From positions 1 to 64,000 of the IMG/VR virus record IMGVR_UViG_3300006028_000003: a stretch of DNA of 64,000 nucleotides. One strand, written 5' to 3'. The DNA is from a virus. Shown piece by piece: positions 10,052 to 20,342 of the stretch (positions within the stretch are counted from its first letter, which is position 1; each line of letters begins with the position of its first letter). Both the position numbers and the translations under genes were made by a program. Under the pieces are notes generated by a model, which had not been told where the DNA came from, did no database searches, and was given only the letters and a program-made list of their open reading frames with translations.

Positions 10052-10543
10052 CTAGAGCCCCCTCGTCTTGATGGCGTCGAGGGCCTCTTTAGACTTCGCG
10101 AAGTCGTAACTCTTGAGGGCCTTCACCGCCGCCCGAAGGTCCGCTAGCACCTCCTCTGCTTTCGCTACCCGCTCGACGTACTCCCCGATTTCTTCGTTCT
10201 CCTTCACCGGGTATGCCGCCTTGACCCGATCGACTTCCTTTCGCCTCTCCGCCTCCGCGTTGACGATCGGCCACTCCGGTAGCTTTTGGATGGCCTCGAT
10301 GGCCTCACGGCGAGCTGTCTCGAAGCCAGCTGAGGAAGCAAGGCTAAGGGCCTCAGCATCGGCCTCGATGACGTCTAGGTATCTGTCGAGCTCCGTATGA
10401 TCGAGGGCCTCTCGGAGCCGCTTCGCGAGAGCGAGGAGGAGATTATGGGAGCGGGTAGCGAAGGCCTCTACGCTCTCTCCCCAATCTCTAATCCAGGGTC
10501 CTTTTTCTGCCTCTTCGATCATCTTCTTGTCTTCGTCGTTCAT
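10052..10543 (-). CDS. Hypothetical coiled-coil protein
   Basis: 163 aa, helical and charged, GAGG RBS. Confidence 0.55.
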   Translation of the reverse strand: MNDEDKKMIEEAEKGPWIRDWGESVEAFATRSHNLLLALAKRLREALDHTELDRYLDVIEADAEALSLASSAGFETARREAIEAIQKLPEWPIVNAEAERRKEVDRVKAAYPVKENEEIGEYVERVAKAEEVLADLRAAVKALKSYDFAKSKEALDAIKTRGL

Positions 10544-11051
10544 CGCCGCCTCTAGTTGTTGGTGGTTAGGTCGTAAGCCCAGAGAGCCTTGCGGCCCGCG
10601 GGTGTTGGATAGACGTCGGGGCTATCCGGCCCCCGCCGCCGGTTCGGTTCGTAGTAAGCGAGCCCACCGTCGACGAGGTCTCGGATGCCTTCGCGTTCCT
10701 CCTTCGACAGAGGGCCCCCGCCCGACTTGTCGTCGACCTCCCCTTTATCGCAGAGGACCATCCGCCGGAGGAGGTCGGCTTGAAGGGGTGTTAGCTTCAC
10801 AGCCAAGCCCTTTTTTGCCGAGGCCCCATAGGGCCGGTGGCCGAAAGGGCCGCCTTGAAGAAGGCCTTCTTGAAGACCTCCCGCCACCGTTCGGGGATAG
10901 CCTCCGCGCTTTGGCCCCGACCTTCTGAGGCGTCCAAGGCCGCAACTTTGATCTCTGCACGGCTCGCGTGGGGAAAAAGCCCCGGCGGACCACTTTCCTT
11001 GCTCGTTGCCTTCCTTCTCTGCCTGACGTCTACAGGTGATCATCGCCGCCC

Positions 11052-11993
11052 TCACATCAAGTTGTTGTTCGCCCCATGGGTGAAGCTCTCCGCCCCGGAA
11101 TTTCCGATCAGAGATCCGATCCGGCCCTGCGCGTAGGCTCCCCAGCTAGCCGCGATGCCGAAGGCCCCGTTAGCCGCGGTCGAAGTGTTGGGGGTGTCTT
11201 CCGTTTTGGTTCCGGTGGGGTTACCCAGATGAACGACGCTGTTCTCCGAGGCAAAAACCCCGTTCTTCAAGTTGGCCCCAATCTCATCGGAGGCCACCTC
11301 GGCGTAGGAATCACTTTCCACATGAACCCCGTCGTTGGTGTTGCCGTCGATCGTGGTGACGTAGATGCGGGCCGCGGAGTTGCGCTGAACACGGATGCCG
11401 TGACCCCCATTGGAGCTAACGACACAAGGGCCGGTGGCGCCCTCGGAAGCCCCTACCCCGTCGGTGAAGCCAACCCGCACGTAGGAGTTTTCGTTGATGA
11501 CCACCCCGTTGCCGGGGTTGTTCGTCACGACGGCGTTGACGACGAAGCCGGTGCTGGCTCGCTGGAAATGGATCCCATGCCTTCCGGCGTGGGAAACCGT
11601 GGCTCCGTCGATGGCGATCCGGGAGCCGCCGTTGATCGAGATCCCGTCGTTGCCCCCGCTGATGGTCAGATTTTTGATGACCATGGCGGCAACCCCGTCG
11701 AGTTCCAAAACATTCAAGGTTGCAACTGGCCCGGCGATGGTTCCACCCCCGGTTCCATCGAGGGTGACTCCATTTCCTTCCGGGGCCGTCAGCAAGAGGT
11801 TTTCGTTGCAGGTTCCCTTCACCAAGACGGTGTCGCCTCGCTTCGACTTGGCGAGGGCCTTCCCGACGGTTTCGCCTGCGGCGCAGTCGACGACGCGGGT
11901 CTTGGGGCCGTCGTCGTCGGCCTTTGCGAGGGGAAATTTGGGCGCCAAACACCCGAGGGCGAAGGCGAGGATGATGAGGATGATGCGGTTCAT
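11052..11993 (-). CDS. Secreted right-handed parallel beta-helix protein
   Basis: Signal peptide MNRIILIILAFALGC...AKA; repeated N..(D/H)G[IV].[IV] beta-helix rungs; AAGGAG RBS. Confidence 0.75.
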   Translation of the reverse strand: MNRIILIILAFALGCLAPKFPLAKADDDGPKTRVVDCAAGETVGKALAKSKRGDTVLVKGTCNENLLLTAPEGNGVTLDGTGGGTIAGPVATLNVLELDGVAAMVIKNLTISGGNDGISINGGSRIAIDGATVSHAGRHGIHFQRASTGFVVNAVVTNNPGNGVVINENSYVRVGFTDGVGASEGATGPCVVSSNGGHGIRVQRNSAARIYVTTIDGNTNDGVHVESDSYAEVASDEIGANLKNGVFASENSVVHLGNPTGTKTEDTPNTSTAANGAFGIAASWGAYAQGRIGSLIGNSGAESFTHGANNNLM

Positions 11994-12150
11994 GGCCGAG
12001 CTCCTTATGGTTGAGGTGTAGTACTTTCAATCACTTACGTGCACTGTTGATCCGCGTTTTCATGTGTATCGTCCAGGCTTTGTGATGGAATCATTGATCT
12101 TTTCAGCGCGTCTTTTTTGACACAGATGCCTAACGATACGAAATCATTGA

Positions 12151-12273
12151 GGTCCAACCGGCCCAACTCGAAAATCGATCTCAGAGGGTAATGAGCGCAA
12201 ACTTTACTCCTCCTCATCTGCGCCCTCCCCCCCTATAGCAGAACCCTCTTGGACCGGTTGGACCAGTTGGACC
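12151..12273. repeat. Inverted iteron-like GGTCCAAC repeats, candidate replication origin
   Basis: GGTCCAAC (12151) and GGCCCAAC (12160) on plus; three (G)TTGGACC at 12249, 12257 and 12266 with 9-bp period in the opposite orientation; AT-richer tract at 12020-12205. Confidence 0.5.
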
Positions 12274-13655
12274 TTACGTATATTTACCGAAGAAACGGGG
12301 GTCTCGTGGTCCGAGTGCGGTCCATTCGGGCCGACCGCTTTTAGGGTTCCACGTGTCGGTCGGTATACTCTTCGGCGCCCCTCGCCATCGCGCGGGCGGC
12401 CAGACAACCCCCACCCGCATGCGCGGAGAACTGCCGCAGCTCGCATTTCATCCCCTCTCGTGAGGTGGGCGGCCTCCTTCGTAAGCCCCATCGTTAGGAG
12501 CTCGTAGGTGGTCACCCCGTCATCTCGGCGCTTCTGGGGAAGGCGTAGGAGCCAACGGTGGGCCGGGTCCTCCCAGGGGTCTGCGTGCCGCCTCGATTCG
12601 GCTACCTTCGCGGCCGTCGCGCGAATGGTGGGATCAGAGATGAAGGGGAGCTCCCCCTTCTTGTACCGGTGGACCGCTTCGGCCCAGAGCTGATCGCGTT
12701 CCTCGATCAATGCCTCGACGTCGATGCTCTTAGTGACCTGCACTGGATAAAAACGAGTCGCCCCCGTGTCGTCCTTCAGGTAGGTCGAGTCGTTCGTGGA
12801 CCCCGCGAAGCCACACTGGCGAAAGAAGTCGATGCTCCGGCGGCCGTAGGAGGGCCGGTAGGTTGAAACCCTCTCACTCACATACTGCTTGACGCGGCTC
12901 GTCTCGCTTCGGCTAAGGGAATCGAGCTCCGCAAACTCGACGATCCACTTTCCCCGGAGCGTTTGGTATGAATCCTTCGAACCCATCTCGATCGTGGTCT
13001 CGAGGAACCATTCATCGTGGGTCGCCAAAACCCGGAGGGCCGTTGACTTGCGAATGTCTTGGGGCCCCTCAAGGATCAACATCATCCGGAACATGCACCC
13101 CGGCTCAAACGCCCGGCTCACCAACCCGATCATCCACTTCGCGGTCACGCTTCGGGTGTAGTGGTCATCTTTGGCCCCCGCGTGACGAATGAGCCAAGAG
13201 TTGACCCGCTCCTCTCCATCCCACTCGAGGCTCGACAACCAATCTCTGACCGGGTGGAACTTCTTTTGCTCCGCGAAGACTTGAAGAGCGCTCCCGACGA
13301 TCCAGTCAGGGCATATGACTCCGTGCTTCCGCGCGAGCCAAGCCCCACATCTCGTTGTGTCCTGATCGGTCCAATAGCGAGGGCCGGGCCGGCCGCTGGG
13401 ATCAGCCCCGGGGGCTAGGTCTCCGCGCCAAGGCGGGGGCTTGGTGGCCTCGATGTCGCCGATGAAGGTGTTGAACCCAAGGACGTCCTTCCACTCCGGG
13501 TCGTTGCTAAGGGCGAGGATGACGTTACCGGCGGTGGAAGCAATCTCCCCCTTCTTGGTGCGGACGAAGAGGTTGTACCAGTTAGGGATGCCTACGACCG
13601 GTTGGGGCTTGGCCTTCGGTTTGACCGCCGGCTTGCCGTTAGTTTTGGCCTTCAT
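12204..13655 (-). CDS. VapE/VirE-like helicase (replication P-loop NTPase)
   Basis: FHPVRDWL..L.WDG, LEGPQDIRKST, WIVEFAEL, YRPSYGR, GSTN...YLKDDTGATRFYPV, RDQLWAEA; no N-terminal primase domain. Confidence 0.88.
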   Translation of the reverse strand: MKAKTNGKPAVKPKAKPQPVVGIPNWYNLFVRTKKGEIASTAGNVILALSNDPEWKDVLGFNTFIGDIEATKPPPWRGDLAPGADPSGRPGPRYWTDQDTTRCGAWLARKHGVICPDWIVGSALQVFAEQKKFHPVRDWLSSLEWDGEERVNSWLIRHAGAKDDHYTRSVTAKWMIGLVSRAFEPGCMFRMMLILEGPQDIRKSTALRVLATHDEWFLETTIEMGSKDSYQTLRGKWIVEFAELDSLSRSETSRVKQYVSERVSTYRPSYGRRSIDFFRQCGFAGSTNDSTYLKDDTGATRFYPVQVTKSIDVEALIEERDQLWAEAVHRYKKGELPFISDPTIRATAAKVAESRRHADPWEDPAHRWLLRLPQKRRDDGVTTYELLTMGLTKEAAHLTRGDEMRAAAVLRACGWGLSGRPRDGEGRRRVYRPTRGTLKAVGPNGPHSDHETPVSSVNIRKVQLVQPVQEGSAIGGEGADEEE

Positions 13656-14092
13656 TCGGCCTTCGAGGGGGGCTTCAAAGGGAGCTTTGACCGATCGCGC
13701 ATCCAATCAGGGCGCTTGGCTTCTTTCTCATCGTAGAACTTCCTACGCCACTTTTGATCCGCCTCTGGGTCGACGACCCAGCGGGTTCCGCCAAACATCG
13801 AATGGCCCATTCTTTGGGAAGAGGCCCGCCAAATTTCTAGCTTTTTGATTACGCGAGCTTGAGAAGGTGCGATGAAGCCAAAGGGGAGAGTGAGCCAATA
13901 CTCTAAGATTTTGCGGGCCTCGGGGGTGATCCGCTTGTCTTCGATGAGCGCGGTGATGCGACTAATTAGCGCAGGGTCGTCCCCCTGTTGGGCAATTGAC
14001 TTCGTGACGCGACCTCGGTCGAACCGCTCCCCCATTAGGCCGGTATAAAAGGCTTTTCTTTCCGTATTCGCCTTGAATCGATCCTTGGCCAT
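13652..14092 (-). CDS. Hypothetical protein
   Basis: 146 aa ORF whose stop overlaps the VapE start. Confidence 0.5.
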   Translation of the reverse strand: MAKDRFKANTERKAFYTGLMGERFDRGRVTKSIAQQGDDPALISRITALIEDKRITPEARKILEYWLTLPFGFIAPSQARVIKKLEIWRASSQRMGHSMFGGTRWVVDPEADQKWRRKFYDEKEAKRPDWMRDRSKLPLKPPSKAE

Positions 14093-14268
14093 TTACTTGG
14101 CCCTCGGCTTGAGCCGAACGACGCGGGCCTGCGGATGGTAATCGGCGATAGCCTTCGCAAAGCCACGATCGTAGGAGCGCCACGCAAACTTCTGATGGAA
14201 TGTCCAAACATCCGGGCCGAGACCCCCGCGGAAGTAGCTATCTTCCCCGCGCTTGATGATCCAAGTTT

Positions 14269-14682
14269 TCATCCCGCCACCTTTCTCAATCTGACCTCGG
14301 TGACTTCCCGTCGAATAAACCGTCGAAGCAACTTCCCCCAACCTTTCCCGGATGTGTGAAGGATCCCGTCAAGGGCCACTATACAAACCGGGATGGTCAA
14401 TTGATTTGCCCAACGTTTCACCCCCGCGTGGCTGTTCCCGGTCGTTGTCGCGAGCAGGATCAAGTCAGGGTTGGCCTCTGGAATATGGTTTGCCATGCGG
14501 TCAGCTTGGAGGATTCGGTAAGGAATGTTATTGATGTCAACCCAACCGCTTGCTGCTAAGTCAACCCCGGATCTTCTTTGTGAGGCTCCATGGATCACCT
14601 CAGTGATGCCAAAAAGATCATGGAGCTTGGTTAGGGCTTGTGGGATTCGTTTGCCGGAGGCGCCACAAACGAAAACTCTCAT
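14269..14682 (-). CDS. SLOG-superfamily / DUF2493-like protein
   Basis: MRVFVCG...ITEVIHGA...GVDLAA..W pattern; locally lower GC. Confidence 0.55.
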   Translation of the reverse strand: MRVFVCGASGKRIPQALTKLHDLFGITEVIHGASQRRSGVDLAASGWVDINNIPYRILQADRMANHIPEANPDLILLATTTGNSHAGVKRWANQLTIPVCIVALDGILHTSGKGWGKLLRRFIRREVTEVRLRKVAG

Positions 14683-15869
14683 TTGCCTTGGTTCACTTTC
14701 ACTTCGACGATGCAGAGGGCCCCATTGACTTCCGCAAGGCACCGCCACGTACCATCGGGTTGCTTCTTGGCCTTCCCTATGAAGAAGACCTTTCTGTCCT
14801 TGTCGTAGATGCCGTCGAGGTTTATTTCCGTCAGCTCGACGGTGATCACGATCGCATCCTTATCGGAATCGCGTACGGGTTTCCCCCAACCCCCTCGACC
14901 ATGATGCGGCCCACAATCCGGACCAGATCTTTTTCATGCGGGGTCGAAGCGATTGACTTGAATAGCTCGATCCGGAGCCCGTCGGGCCCGGCGATGTAGA
15001 TCATCTCCCCGTCGAACTCAAGGCGGCGGCCTTTGGGGGTCATCAAGGATGCCTCGGGCAAAGGGGATCGGAGTCAATGTGGACCTCACTGCAGCCGCGA
15101 CATTTGAAGCGACGGCATGTGCAGGGGAGGGCCTTGCGAGCTTGGATGGCATCGAGCTCCTCAAGAATGTTCTTAGGAAGCCCCCCGACGCGCGCCCATC
15201 GCTCCAGCTTCCGTAAAGCCTCCAGCTCCTCTTTTTCAAGGTCGTCCATGTCGCCGCCTTTCTTCCGCTTCCCCCGGAAAGGATGACGCTACTCCCCCCG
15301 GGGCCTAACGCAAGGGCTGTAGGCTAACTGAGACGCGTTGGAGACTTTGCGGGCGGAAAACCGGATGCTAGGTGTAGGATTCAATGAACGACCGTCTCCC
15401 GATGGATCTCGTCAGCCGAGCGAAACGCGCCTACACTGACCACCGTACGTCTCGGCAAGAGCTCGAAGGTTACGTTTCGGACCTCTGCAACGCCTTGGAG
15501 GCGACCCAAAAGGCCCTCGCCAATTATCGGTGGATGCTAGGGGATGCTACCGACGAGATAATTCGGATGAAACAAGGAAGATAATGGGAAACCCGAAGCC
15601 TGATCATCCCTGGCGACAGAAGCGCTACCCCCAACCGAAGCCCTATCCAAAACCCTGCCCTGGCGCGGCCTATGTTAGAGTTGAGGTGCCCACGGTGATG
15701 GATCCCAGATTGATGCCGGCTCCCGAAGAGCCTCAGCCTCAATGAAACGCATCCTAGCGCGGCTCCACTACCTTCTCGTGGCCTACACGCCCTTTTGGCG
15801 CGTCTCACGCTGGTGGGTGCTTAGGCAGATTCGGTTGGGGCATCGCCCAAGACCGCCGTTGGTTTCTCG

Positions 15870-16124
15870 ATGAGGCCCCCCTTCGCCGGCCCCCCCATGA
15901 AGCTCCCCGAGTCCGTCGTCATCTCCGCCCACTTCAAGAACCCGCAAGAGGCGGAGTTGGTCAAGAAGGCAGCGAAGGCCATCGGGTTGACCCCTTCAGC
16001 TTTCATGCGGCAACTAGCCTTGGAAAAAGCAAGTGTGATTTCCGACGGGTGGGACATCCGACAGATGAAGAGGCGGGCCAAGGGCCAGTTGAAGTTGAGG
16101 GTGATTGAAGGAGGAAAGAAATGA
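15870..16124 (+). CDS. Ribbon-helix-helix-like DNA-binding protein
   Basis: ISAHF...EAELVKKAAKAIGLTPSAFMRQLALE. Confidence 0.55.
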   Translation: MRPPFAGPPMKLPESVVISAHFKNPQEAELVKKAAKAIGLTPSAFMRQLALEKASVISDGWDIRQMKRRAKGQLKLRVIEGGKK

Positions 16125-16657
16125 AATGGGCAATCTGGGTCACAGCGGGTACATACTCTGAATGGTATGGTGGTAACGACTACCCGTTGCTATTCGATGA
16201 GGAGTCCGCGAAAAAGTCGGCTGCGCGGTACACCGCGGCCTCAAAAATGAAAAACATCTATGAGGCGCGAGAGTATCCCGAGGCTCCTCTTTGGGAAGCG
16301 GCCTCTGCCTTAGAAATCACACAACTAGTGGGCCCTCAAGGCTCAGCCCCTGGTGACCTTGTCTTCACTACCGCTAGCGGCGAGGCCCTTCGCCTCAAGT
16401 CCAACGGCGACATCATCCGAAACAGAAAGGTCCTCGGAACCGATCCGGAAATAGTCGAGGGCCTCAAGTCGTTCGTAAGCTTTACCCTCCCTGAGGCGAT
16501 CATCGCTCGTCGGCTCCACGCGACTGACCCTAGGGTCATCGCCTTCGTTGCCGATCGAATCGTCGAGGGGGTGACCGTCGAAAAGGTTTGGGGTCGTGAT
16601 GAAGGCGGGTGGGCTACTGAGGCTCAGGCTCGGGCGGCGGAAATGGTAAAGCTATGA
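16121..16657 (+). CDS. Hypothetical protein
   Basis: 178 aa, AGGAGG RBS, ATGA overlap with the upstream gene. Confidence 0.55.
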   Translation: MKWAIWVTAGTYSEWYGGNDYPLLFDEESAKKSAARYTAASKMKNIYEAREYPEAPLWEAASALEITQLVGPQGSAPGDLVFTTASGEALRLKSNGDIIRNRKVLGTDPEIVEGLKSFVSFTLPEAIIARRLHATDPRVIAFVADRIVEGVTVEKVWGRDEGGWATEAQARAAEMVKL

Positions 16658-17517
16658 ATCCCGCAACCTGGCCTTGGTGGCTCCTCATTCTGATCGGGAT
16701 CATCATCGCTTTGATTGTCTTCTTCCTTCTCTACTGGATCTTGGAAAAACTATGACCGCAGTGGTTTCGAAGGAGCTATCGGAATATCAACTTGACATCC
16801 TCAAAGCGTTGGAAAGGGATGGCCCAACCCGAGCTTTTCTCTTCAACGACGAAGACCTTGATCCCCTTTTCAAGATGCGGCCCCGGCTAATCCAGCTCGT
16901 CAAAGGCCATGTTGAGGCAGTGGTCGACATTACGGGGGATGGGATCAAGAAGTTGAGGACCTATGGTCGTTGATGGTTGGAGGTTTCAGGTGCAACGAGC
17001 GTCAATAAGAGTGGGGCCCCTAGTCGTTGAGGCCTACCACTCCTCCGATGGGAAATGGCGATGGCACGTAGAGCCGTTCGAGGCTTCACCTGACGACACG
17101 TGGGAAGTTCTTGGGGTGAGCCCTACCCTCGAGAAGGCCCAGGAGGCCGCCAAGTCCATCGCCGAAAAGCTTCGATGATCGACCTTCACGATGGGGTAGC
17201 TTCCCTTTTCGCCGAAGCCAACGGGCCCCGCGACACACGCGATGAAGATGAAGTGAGGCATGACAACTGGGGGGCTCATTTCCTCTCCCTCCGCGGCGAG
17301 GATGACCTAAATCGCCGGTGGGAGAAGACCCTCCGAGTGAGCTACGAGATAACCCCCATCGCCCCGGTGAGGTTGATGCGATGCCCCCGGTGTAAGGGGC
17401 ACGCTGAAGTGAGGCCAGGCTCCCCCCTTGCGATTTGCTTCACTCGCGCTTGCGGAACGATCGGGCTATCGACTAACCCCGCATCGGTGAGGGTTCGAGA
17501 GTGGAGAGCTAAACGTC

Positions 17518-18831
17518 GTGAAAAAACCTAGGGGCTTCAAGCATCGGTCAGGCGGCAATTGTTGGGAGGGCATCGTCTCACCCCAAGATGAGGATGTTTG
17601 CCTTCACCATGACGAACCGCGAGGGGATTGCAGTGAGTGCCCCCGCTGCCCCGCTTGCGATAACTTGAACCTAGCAACGAGTCTTTCCGCGGAGATTGTT
17701 GAGGCCACCCCGGAAACATATGTTCTCAATCCGAGCGCCAGTAAAGTTGACCTCCTGTTTGCCTGCACCTATCCGTTTGGGAAGACCCTGAAGCGAGAGG
17801 TGGTCGGCGAGCGAACCCGCTTCGGAAGCGCCTTCCATGAGGTGATGGAAGGGATCAAACCTGGATGCCTCCCGTCTAAGTCGACCACCAAGCGAATCGC
17901 CGAGAAGTGGGCCGTCGATCGAGAAGAGCTCGAGAGTCGGATCTACGAGGCCTCCCCCGTCATCGCGAAGTGGCTCTCCGGCGGTAACATGTGGGGCCTC
18001 GACTTTGTCGCCGCTGGAATCGAAACCGAGATCTCCATCGCGGTTGACCCCAGAACCCATGAAGCCCGCTTCCTTCCGGATGGCCCGGGGGAGCACCACG
18101 ATTACCCGGGGAGGCAACCGGGAGAGGTCCCGGGCACCGCCGACGTGGTCTCGACCATGGTGCATCCGGAAAGCGCCGGCCTCAAGACCCTCTTGGTGCT
18201 TGACCATAAATCCGGCTGGAACGTCGCCCAAGGCTGGCAACCCCAGACCCCCGCCGAGTCCGGCCAGCTTCGGACCCTTGCATTGGCCCTCGCGGAGCTT
18301 TACCAGGTCGACCAGGTCATAGTGGCCTTCTTCCATGTCCCCCTCGAAGGTCAACCGACGGTCTACGCGGATCTCCTTACACGTGAGGATTTGGAATCCC
18401 ATCGGAAGGCCCTCAAGTCAGCGCTAGGCAACGTCGGTTCCGATTGGCTTCGCCCTGGGCCTTGGTGCCCCCTCTGCCCGGCCTTTACCATCTGCCCAAC
18501 CCAGACCACCGCCCTCGTTGAGTTGAAGCGGGGAAGCGGAAACTTGACTGCGGAGAGGGTCGGGGCGATCCACCAGGCGACGGCGCTTTATGACAACCTC
18601 CGGGAGAAGCTTCGGGAGGAAATGCGCGCCTGGGTAAGTAAAAATGGCCCCGGGGTCCGGCCCGACGGGCAACTAGTCGACTTGGTTCCTCGGCCCCGGA
18701 CCAACCTGAGCCAAGCCTCGGTAGTGAGGGCCTATGGCCCCCTAAAGGGCGCCAAGGTCCTTGCGAAATTGAAAGCCGATGGGGCCATCGAGGAAAAGGA
18801 AAACCTCGAGCTCCGAGCGGTCCGTCGCTAA
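17518..18831 (+). CDS. PD-(D/E)XK / Cas4-like phage exonuclease
   Basis: GSAFH, ETEI, PGTADVV, LDHKSG, QLRTLAL, PGPWCPLCPAFTICP. Confidence 0.8.
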   Translation: MKKPRGFKHRSGGNCWEGIVSPQDEDVCLHHDEPRGDCSECPRCPACDNLNLATSLSAEIVEATPETYVLNPSASKVDLLFACTYPFGKTLKREVVGERTRFGSAFHEVMEGIKPGCLPSKSTTKRIAEKWAVDREELESRIYEASPVIAKWLSGGNMWGLDFVAAGIETEISIAVDPRTHEARFLPDGPGEHHDYPGRQPGEVPGTADVVSTMVHPESAGLKTLLVLDHKSGWNVAQGWQPQTPAESGQLRTLALALAELYQVDQVIVAFFHVPLEGQPTVYADLLTREDLESHRKALKSALGNVGSDWLRPGPWCPLCPAFTICPTQTTALVELKRGSGNLTAERVGAIHQATALYDNLREKLREEMRAWVSKNGPGVRPDGQLVDLVPRPRTNLSQASVVRAYGPLKGAKVLAKLKADGAIEEKENLELRAVRR

Positions 18832-20342
18832 ACCCCTATGAGCGCTGCGTTGGTGGCCGGATTTATGGCCGCGAAGCCGAATCCCCCGGCCCCAATTGTC
18901 GCCGCGAAGTGGGCCCACGTCGTCGTTCTTGTGGCAGGCCCACCCGCTTCAGTGTAGGCCCCCGCCGCTTCGTTCCAGGCCCGCGCGACGGTTACTGCCG
19001 CCCCGCCGTTTTCGCCGATGAAGCCGAAGTCACCGAGGGTTCCCGTAACGCTAGGGACAAACCCCAGAGCGGCGGTGAGGCCGCCGGTGGCCCCTGGCCC
19101 TACCGCAACCCCCAACCCCGCGTTGCCGTTGCCCCAAATGAGCGATGGGGCTTCCTCTCCTAGGAGCCCTAGGTTGTTACCGAGATTGGCCGTCAACAAG
19201 AATGAGAGGGCCCCCTGAGGGCCTTCTGGTAGGAATGTATTGTCTTGGAGCTGCAATGTTCCGGCGCCGGTAATGGTAGCTAAACCAACTGAAACGTTGA
19301 CGAAGCCGGTCTGCTGATCGAGGGCTAGCCCTAGCCCAGTGAGGTAAACATCGTTGAATAGAACAAGATAACCGGCCCACCCATCGGCCCCTGTCGTTAC
19401 GAAAAGCCCTGCCTGAAGCACAATAATAGCTGCGGGAGTAAAAGTAAGCATGACCGCCCCAGAAGCGCAGTAGCAATCGAGGAATGCTCCCCCCATGACA
19501 AGGGGGGCCTCGAAGGAGCAACGCTGGTACAGCCCGCCGCACAACGTGTTGCCCCCCGAGCTAGCGGTAAAGGCAAAGTCATTGAATACCGCCTGGCCCC
19601 CAGCACCACTAGTGTTTGTATTCGTGTAGCCCGTCGATGTGGCTAGCGTGAGAAGGGACCCTCGAACAATTTGGTAGCTATCCCCTATTGTGAAAACCGC
19701 CGCTGGCCCGACGAAGCTCTCCTCTGAATAATTCGAGGGTGAGATAGGCCGCGTAGTGCTTGCCGTCGCGGTACCACTTACGATCCATGCGCCGGTACCG
19801 GCGTTTAGGCCCGATGTATCGACGATCTTGGTAGGGTGGGGGGCGGTGCCGCTTCCGAAGTTGAAGACGAACGGGGCGAACGTCGCGAGGTCGCTTACGT
19901 GGACCAGTTGCCGCTGGCCCCCGCCGGCCGCGAAGGGGTTGATTGCAACTGTTCCCGCGTTGAAGGCCCCTCCGGTATGTAGAACTTGGATGGTTCCCTG
20001 GAAGATCAAATTGAAGCCATTGAAGTCGATCGTTGAGAAGTCAAGCGATGCCCCAGCCGCATCGTCGGACATGTAGGTTATGATCCGATCCGCGGGGAGC
20101 CTCTTCATGAAGAGAAGGGAGTTCAGGTGAGCCGTAGTGAGGATGGGCCCCGATCCCGCTGGGATATTATTGTTGGTGGCCCCCGTATTGGAATCGGAGG
20201 CAACCCCACTGACGTTGGCTGGGTCGATGAAGGCAATAGGGCCTAGAGGTGTTCGCTGGAGGATAGATCCCCCGCTCTTGTTAGACTCTAGAAGCTCTAA
20301 GGCCTCTAGCCGTTTGACCCTTCCTCTGTCTGTTGGTTTCAA
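18828..20342 (-). CDS. Putative virion fibre/spike protein, paralogue A
   Basis: Gly/Ala/Thr/Asn-rich and beta-type; shares leader MKP.DRGRVKRLEAL.LL and FIDP.N...ASDSN.GAT with 21590-22975. Confidence 0.6.
   Translation of the reverse strand: MKPTDRGRVKRLEALELLESNKSGGSILQRTPLGPIAFIDPANVSGVASDSNTGATNNNIPAGSGPILTTAHLNSLLFMKRLPADRIITYMSDDAAGASLDFSTIDFNGFNLIFQGTIQVLHTGGAFNAGTVAINPFAAGGGQRQLVHVSDLATFAPFVFNFGSGTAPHPTKIVDTSGLNAGTGAWIVSGTATASTTRPISPSNYSEESFVGPAAVFTIGDSYQIVRGSLLTLATSTGYTNTNTSGAGGQAVFNDFAFTASSGGNTLCGGLYQRCSFEAPLVMGGAFLDCYCASGAVMLTFTPAAIIVLQAGLFVTTGADGWAGYLVLFNDVYLTGLGLALDQQTGFVNVSVGLATITGAGTLQLQDNTFLPEGPQGALSFLLTANLGNNLGLLGEEAPSLIWGNGNAGLGVAVGPGATGGLTAALGFVPSVTGTLGDFGFIGENGGAAVTVARAWNEAAGAYTEAGGPATRTTTWAHFAATIGAGGFGFAAINPATNAALIGV

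Noticed and set aside
17518-18831. CRISPR-Cas locus suggested by a Cas4-like nuclease
   Set aside because: No repeat-spacer array or other cas genes; stand-alone Cas4-like nucleases are common in phages.
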